This document shows positions 59,412 through 64,000 of a DNA stretch of 64,000 bases, in pieces. The notes beneath the pieces were generated by a model that saw nothing but the letters and a program-made list of their open reading frames with translations, did no database searches and was not told where the DNA came from. The position numbers and the translations under genes were made by a program. Source of the DNA: a virus. Lineage: Duplodnaviria; Caudoviricetes. Location: positions 1 through 64,000 of IMG/VR virus record IMGVR_UViG_3300031994_000071, one strand, 5' to 3'. Every line of letters begins with the position of its first letter. Position 1 is the first letter of the stretch.

Positions 59412-60998
59412 TTACTCCTGGATTGTCCGTCCAGCGCTGCTGTTGCTGACTCCCGGTTTACTTGGGTTGGTCTCCTCACCGGATGTCCCGGTATCAACTC
59501 CATATTGTGCCTTGACCTTCGCGGGAATCTCGGACTTGATTTGCAGTTCATATTCCCACTCTTCCTTGATCTTGCCGTAGTCACCGACATGCTGGGAGCC
59601 GAGGTCTTCCATAGCGGCCTCGCGGGATTTGATGCGGGCGTACACCTGGTCGCATTCATTCTTGACCTGCTCGGCGACATTCTGCGGCATCCAGATGTTC
59701 GGCCCGACGGAAACGCGGAGTTTCGCGTAACGGTCGGGATTTCCTTCCTCAACACCCACCAATGCTATGATGACATTGATAAGGTCGCGGACACCCTTAA
59801 AGAACTGGGGCCATACGTTCTGGCACCACTGAATCTCCGGAGCGAACATAATCTTGATGGTCGTGCTGGAGTCTGCGCCCTGCTTGAGCACGTCCGGCTC
59901 CACGAATACAGACATGCAGGTACGGACGATGTTGTTCCAGAGGTTTTCCAGGTGGATGGTCGCAACGTTGCTGGCATCCGGCGGGTCCAGGAACTTCGCA
60001 TCGCTATGGGCGAGCGCGTCTGCGCTGCCCTTCACGCCGATGGTCTTGCCGTTCATTTCGGAAGGCGGCAGACTTACCAGTTTCTCGGTCTTGAGGAACA
60101 GGATCGGGAAGGCGGTGTTCTTCATTTCCTCGGACATGTAGGAACAGGCATCCTCCAGGGCCTCGATGGAGAGTTGGGCCGGGCCGGTAGGAATATCGTC
60201 AACGCGGAAATAGATGCACTGAACGCGCCGCCCGGCCTGGTTGGCTACCTTCTTCACGAGGACGTAATCATCCTCGCTTTTGGTGCGGCCTTCCTTCGGG
60301 ATGATGGAATCGTCATCATCGTCGAGGACCATCCACGTTTCCATGCCGTCCGGCGTGAAGATGTCAACGGCTGCGTGGTTGTCGAACGTGTACTTCCTGG
60401 CCACGATGGTTTTTCCGTTGATGTCGGTCTTCGGGTAGAGTACGGAACCCTCCTCGTATCCGAATACCTGGTAATCAATGCCGTTCTCGTCACGGTACAC
60501 ATAGATGGCGCCGTCTCCTGTGCGGAATACCGAGCGGACGAGTTGGATCCAAGCGGCCTTGTTGATACCGGACATGTCAAGCCAGGATATTACCTTGTCA
60601 AAAGCCTCCTTATCCTCGGTCTCATTGGCAATCCAGAATCCGTCACCGGCGAAGTGGGAGATCTTCTTTCCGATGATGCACTCCTGGATGCCGAGGGCAA
60701 CCGTCTCGACGTCATCATATCCGACGAGTTCCCATTTGGTCCTTCCCTTGGAATCCTTGATGCCGGTGTCCTTGAAGATAGGGCGCTTGGACATGTACTT
60801 GGAGTTTATGTCGTGGGCGCTTGGAGTGATCTCATTAAGGAAGTCCTCCTGCCGCAGAGTGATAAATGTACCGGCTGGCGGTACCACTGTGCGGCGCTTG
60901 TTCCTTCCTTTCTGATTCTGCTCCAAGACGGGTGCCCCGACAAGGCGGCGAGTCCACAACCGCTTTTTCGAGTCGTTAATGTAATCAGAAATTCGCAT
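59412..60998 (-). CDS. portal protein
   Basis: 528 aa helical protein directly downstream of the large terminase. Confidence 0.7.
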   Translation of the reverse strand: MRISDYINDSKKRLWTRRLVGAPVLEQNQKGRNKRRTVVPPAGTFITLRQEDFLNEITPSAHDINSKYMSKRPIFKDTGIKDSKGRTKWELVGYDDVETVALGIQECIIGKKISHFAGDGFWIANETEDKEAFDKVISWLDMSGINKAAWIQLVRSVFRTGDGAIYVYRDENGIDYQVFGYEEGSVLYPKTDINGKTIVARKYTFDNHAAVDIFTPDGMETWMVLDDDDDSIIPKEGRTKSEDDYVLVKKVANQAGRRVQCIYFRVDDIPTGPAQLSIEALEDACSYMSEEMKNTAFPILFLKTEKLVSLPPSEMNGKTIGVKGSADALAHSDAKFLDPPDASNVATIHLENLWNNIVRTCMSVFVEPDVLKQGADSSTTIKIMFAPEIQWCQNVWPQFFKGVRDLINVIIALVGVEEGNPDRYAKLRVSVGPNIWMPQNVAEQVKNECDQVYARIKSREAAMEDLGSQHVGDYGKIKEEWEYELQIKSEIPAKVKAQYGVDTGTSGEETNPSKPGVSNSSAGRTIQE

Positions 60999-61010
60999 AG
61001 CCTATGTAAA

Positions 61011-62753
61011 TTAAATCCAAACGACGGAGCGTCCTCCGCCATAATCTTGAAATAGTCCTGAGTACGCCGAATCGTCAATTTCCTTTTCCGGCTGCTTCTT
61101 CGGCCTCGCGTCAAGTTCAAAGACTGCGCGATAAGTGAACGGGTCCATGAGGCCGGGGGATTCGTGGAACCTGGCGATATACTCGTCCTTGCTCCGGTAG
61201 AGGATCTTCTTGTTTTTCTGCCCCTTGATGAACACGTTTTTCTCGTTGTAGAGAATATCTATGATGCGGCGCTTGCCGCCCTTTTTTCCATAGGGAATCT
61301 GCATATTGAGGTCCAGGGTCGTGCAGAAGAATCCGGTCTTGAACAGGACCTCGGTTTTCGCAAGGAGTTGCGAGCGCAGGTTGAAGTATTGTTCGATGGT
61401 GACAGGGTTTCCCTGCTCATCGTATTCCTGCATCGGCGTTTTGTTCGGAGTGATTGGAATGCCCTCCTTGAATGCGGTGAGGTAGTATCCGATGCCGGTG
61501 GCATCAAACGCAAAGTTCTGTCTCGGCACGCCCCAGTGGTCCAATTTTTGGTCAATCCAGTCGAGCAGTTGCTTCGGGTCCCCACGGAATGCCTCAACGC
61601 CTACCCAGCAGTTGCCCTGGAAGATGAGCATGAGGTTATCATCGCTCTTGAGTTTACCGCCAGACACGTCCATGGTGGCGTACATGTTCTCATCGCTATT
61701 TCTCGGGTTGGTCTCCATGGCCCGGAAGTCTGCGTCCGCGACGCCAACGGACTCATCGTCGGTCGGCCCGAAATAAGCCTCAGCAAGGACGGCACGCTGA
61801 GCGGCGCCTACGTTGTGAAGGTTCGCCACGGATTGTCCCCTGGTTGCGGCCACAAGTTTTCTGTTGCCTGCGGCGGAGCCGGTGAACAGGACGAAGGATT
61901 TCACCATGTCGGCCTCGGTCAGTCCTGCTGCGCGGTCATCGTCGCTGATTCTGATGTGGGCGGCCTCAACCACTTCCTCCTTGGAATCTCCCCAGACAAC
62001 CGCCGTCGGATCATCACCCTTGATATAGAAGTAGCGCTTTTTGCCATCCATTTCCGGGATGATGTACCAGGTCTTCGGGTTGATGTATCCGCCGGTGATG
62101 AGGAACTGGGTTGTCCAGTGTCCGTATTTCGGGTTGAAGGACAGTACCATGCAAGGCTCTACGCCTGACGCATCACGGTTACGCGAGAACATGTATGCGA
62201 ACATCCTGAACTGCTCGATGGCCGTGGCCTCGTCGATTCCGATGTAAGCGGCCTGCTGCTTTTTGATGTACTCCTGGAACTCGTCCCACTCCTTCGGATT
62301 CTCCGGATTAAAGTTCGCGTGAATCATCTGGATAGCGTTGTTCCAGATTGGCCATGCGAACGTAGGTAGTTCTCCGGTTGTTGTTTCGCAATGTGAGAAT
62401 TCGCCCCAGACGAATGAGGCGTCACGGTGCATGGACGTACCCTTGGCGGAGTCCAACTTACGCACGTTGATGAGACGCCCGGTGTATCCATACTTACCGA
62501 CACCGTTTAATCCCTTGAGCATCATGCCGAACGTCTTCCCGGAAGTTGCCTGTCCGCAAATAAATATAAGATTCGCCTCGCACTTGCACAGGTTTTCCTG
62601 GAGGCCCTCCTGCGGGATGAGGTCGATTCCGTCCCTCAGCACGAAATCTCCCACTTTGTCCCATCCCTTATCTTTGACTGTGGCTATTTTCCGCTCGACG
62701 TGTTCGTATCGCTCGGGAAATGCTATATCGGTATGGATCAGTTTGAACATCAC
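61011..62753 (-). CDS. terL: terminase large subunit
   Basis: Walker A GQATSGKT, Walker B IGIDEAT, nuclease ATMDVSG, FDATGIG. Confidence 0.92.
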   Translation of the reverse strand: MMFKLIHTDIAFPERYEHVERKIATVKDKGWDKVGDFVLRDGIDLIPQEGLQENLCKCEANLIFICGQATSGKTFGMMLKGLNGVGKYGYTGRLINVRKLDSAKGTSMHRDASFVWGEFSHCETTTGELPTFAWPIWNNAIQMIHANFNPENPKEWDEFQEYIKKQQAAYIGIDEATAIEQFRMFAYMFSRNRDASGVEPCMVLSFNPKYGHWTTQFLITGGYINPKTWYIIPEMDGKKRYFYIKGDDPTAVVWGDSKEEVVEAAHIRISDDDRAAGLTEADMVKSFVLFTGSAAGNRKLVAATRGQSVANLHNVGAAQRAVLAEAYFGPTDDESVGVADADFRAMETNPRNSDENMYATMDVSGGKLKSDDNLMLIFQGNCWVGVEAFRGDPKQLLDWIDQKLDHWGVPRQNFAFDATGIGYYLTAFKEGIPITPNKTPMQEYDEQGNPVTIEQYFNLRSQLLAKTEVLFKTGFFCTTLDLNMQIPYGKKGGKRRIIDILYNEKNVFIKGQKNKKILYRSKDEYIARFHESPGLMDPFTYRAVFELDARPKKQPEKEIDDSAYSGLFQDYGGGRSVVWI

Positions 62754-62755
62754 CG

Positions 62756-62798
62756 CAAAGATACGAAAAAGGGGCGATTATTTGCAAAATGTGTGCCG
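62756..62798 (-). promoter_or_regulatory. terminase promoter: sigmaA (-7 TATCTTTG, -33 TTTG) overlapping a sigma54-like CGGCAC-ACATT-TTGC
   Basis: -7 at 62756-62763, -33 at 62785-62788, sigma54-like box at 62784-62798. Confidence 0.55.
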
Positions 62799-62801
62799 AA
62801 C

Positions 62802-62833
62802 TTTGCAGAATTGAAAAAAATCTTCTATTTTTG
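62802..62833 (+). promoter_or_regulatory. sigmaA promoter for head genes (TTTG-20 nt-TATTTTTG)
   Basis: Canonical spacing upstream of the ATG at 62865. Confidence 0.6.
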
Positions 62834-62864
62834 CGGCAGAATATCAATTCTAAATCACACATAT

Positions 62865-63602
62865 ATGTTCAAAGAAAAAATCGTAGAAGGACTCAGGGCG
62901 AAATCTGAAATAAAGCGTTTCGGGCTGAGTAACGAGGCTATTGATCGGATTGCCTCAGCGAGAGAAAAGACGATCACAGAAGAGTCCCAGGTTGAAGCAG
63001 CCCTTACGGACGCAGAGACCATGAGGCTCGTTGCCGAGGAGTTGATGAAGCATCGCGACCAGGAAATCACTAAGAGGACCGAGACGCAGAGTGCTTTTGA
63101 CGCTTACAAGGCGAATCATCCGGAGGGTAATTCCGGGAGTGGTACTGGCAGTGGCAGTGGCTCCGGCCACGGCGACAGTGGTTCTGGCCATGGCGACATC
63201 GCCGCCATCGTACAGGCCGCAGTAGCAGCAGCAGTCAAACCTCTCCAGGACAAGATCAACGGATTCGAGTCGAATCAGTCAGCGAAACTCGCTCTTGAAA
63301 CCGCGAAGGCCAAGTTCTTTGGCGGCGATTACGCCAAGAAGTACAAAGACCAGGCCGAAGACGCATGGGAACGGGCGGTTGAGATGAATGAGGCGACCGG
63401 AAGCAAGAAGAATGCCGACCAACTCTTCGAGAGCGCCAGCGGCTATTTCACGAAGGCTGTTGCCAGAATTGGCGTGGATACGAGCAAGCCCTTTGTGGCT
63501 GACCCGGACCCTGAGCACAAGGTTGGCACGACCGACTGGAAGGCTGAGGCTGCTCGCCAGAAGGCGCGTCATGGCATCAAAGAACCTGCTTCACAACAGT
63601 AG
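62865..63602 (+). CDS. putative capsid scaffolding protein
   Basis: Helical, with a Gly/Ser/His linker; first gene of the head operon. Confidence 0.55.
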   Translation: MFKEKIVEGLRAKSEIKRFGLSNEAIDRIASAREKTITEESQVEAALTDAETMRLVAEELMKHRDQEITKRTETQSAFDAYKANHPEGNSGSGTGSGSGSGHGDSGSGHGDIAAIVQAAVAAAVKPLQDKINGFESNQSAKLALETAKAKFFGGDYAKKYKDQAEDAWERAVEMNEATGSKKNADQLFESASGYFTKAVARIGVDTSKPFVADPDPEHKVGTTDWKAEAARQKARHGIKEPASQQ

Positions 63603-63629
63603 TTTTTAACCAATTAACCTTTCACGAAA

Positions 63630-64000
63630 ATGGGAAGCAATTTAGGAAACGTCCATTTCAAGCCGGTCGTAACCAAGTATCCCGCCGAACGGATGCCTGT
63701 TTGGATCGAGGTGAAAGAGCGTAAACTTGCCGGTGGTACCGTCAGCCTGATCGGTCTGCCCAAGGGCACGCAGATTCCTCTCGCCCTTCCGGTTTACCTG
63801 CCTGTGATGGGTGGTAGGGCTATTTTCCTGGACTCCTACGAGGTTCAGGAGGCCGTGACCGCCGCATCCACCTCCATCAAACTGAAAGGAACCAATAACG
63901 CCGTTCCCGAGGAAGGTTTCATCCTCGGTATCCTGAACGATGCTGGCAACGGCCTGACCAAGGCCGCTGCTCTTGGCGCATACGACGCCGAGAACGGTTC
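63630..64000 (+). CDS. head-associated protein (decoration or capsid), 3' truncated
   Basis: Frame open from ATG 63630 to the window end (MGSNLGNVHFKP...). Confidence 0.55.
   Translation, partial: MGSNLGNVHFKPVVTKYPAERMPVWIEVKERKLAGGTVSLIGLPKGTQIPLALPVYLPVMGGRAIFLDSYEVQEAVTAASTSIKLKGTNNAVPEEGFILGILNDAGNGLTKAAALGAYDAENG

Larger units (their letters stand above)
1..64000. mobile_element. Bacteroidota-infecting tailed dsDNA phage genome segment (Quimbyvirus-like organisation, from memory)
   Basis: Terminase, portal, tail, lysis and replication modules; dense small ORFs; Bacteroidota TAnnTTTG promoter boxes; no host genes or att sites seen. Confidence 0.95.

Noticed and set aside
1-64000. Stop-codon reassignment
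   Set aside because: Long genes are intact under code 11, TAG/TGA/TAA all end coupled ORFs, and there is no suppressor tRNA

Overview
The whole window is a contiguous stretch of a tailed dsDNA phage infecting a Bacteroidota host. Support: TAnnTTTG promoter boxes, DUF3127-like and DUF6371-like genes, and no host housekeeping genes. Layout: 1-17.4 kb (+) holds tail genes, a diversity-generating retroelement (DGR), a tail fibre, lysis genes and a Gly-rich cassette. 17.4-43.4 kb (-) is a long early/accessory arm of about 70 small ORFs, including an adenylosuccinate-synthetase-like/vWA module, a GT2 glycosyltransferase, a methyltransferase and a serine recombinase. 43.4-44.8 kb is a divergent non-coding control region. 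44.8-59.3 kb (+) holds replication/recombination genes and a tRNA cluster. 59.4-62.8 kb (-) holds portal and terminase, and 62.9-64 kb (+) starts the head genes. Main observations: (1) A DGR with one template (9195-9308) and two adenine-mutated variable regions, one in a tail adhesin and one 21 kb away on the opposite strand in a small early protein. Its reverse transcriptase is spread over three overlapping frames. From memory, which I cannot verify here, this resembles the proposed gut phage group 'Quimbyviridae'. (2) At least 7 perfect sigma54 (RpoN) -24/-12 boxes, including a divergent pair flanking three operator-like repeats and IHF-consensus sites, with no enhancer-binding protein gene in the window. 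(3) A PurA-like enzyme with a remodelled aspartate-binding loop coupled to a vWA protein. (4) A tRNA cluster in which every member is atypical. All product calls come from motif recognition by eye; no database searches were run.
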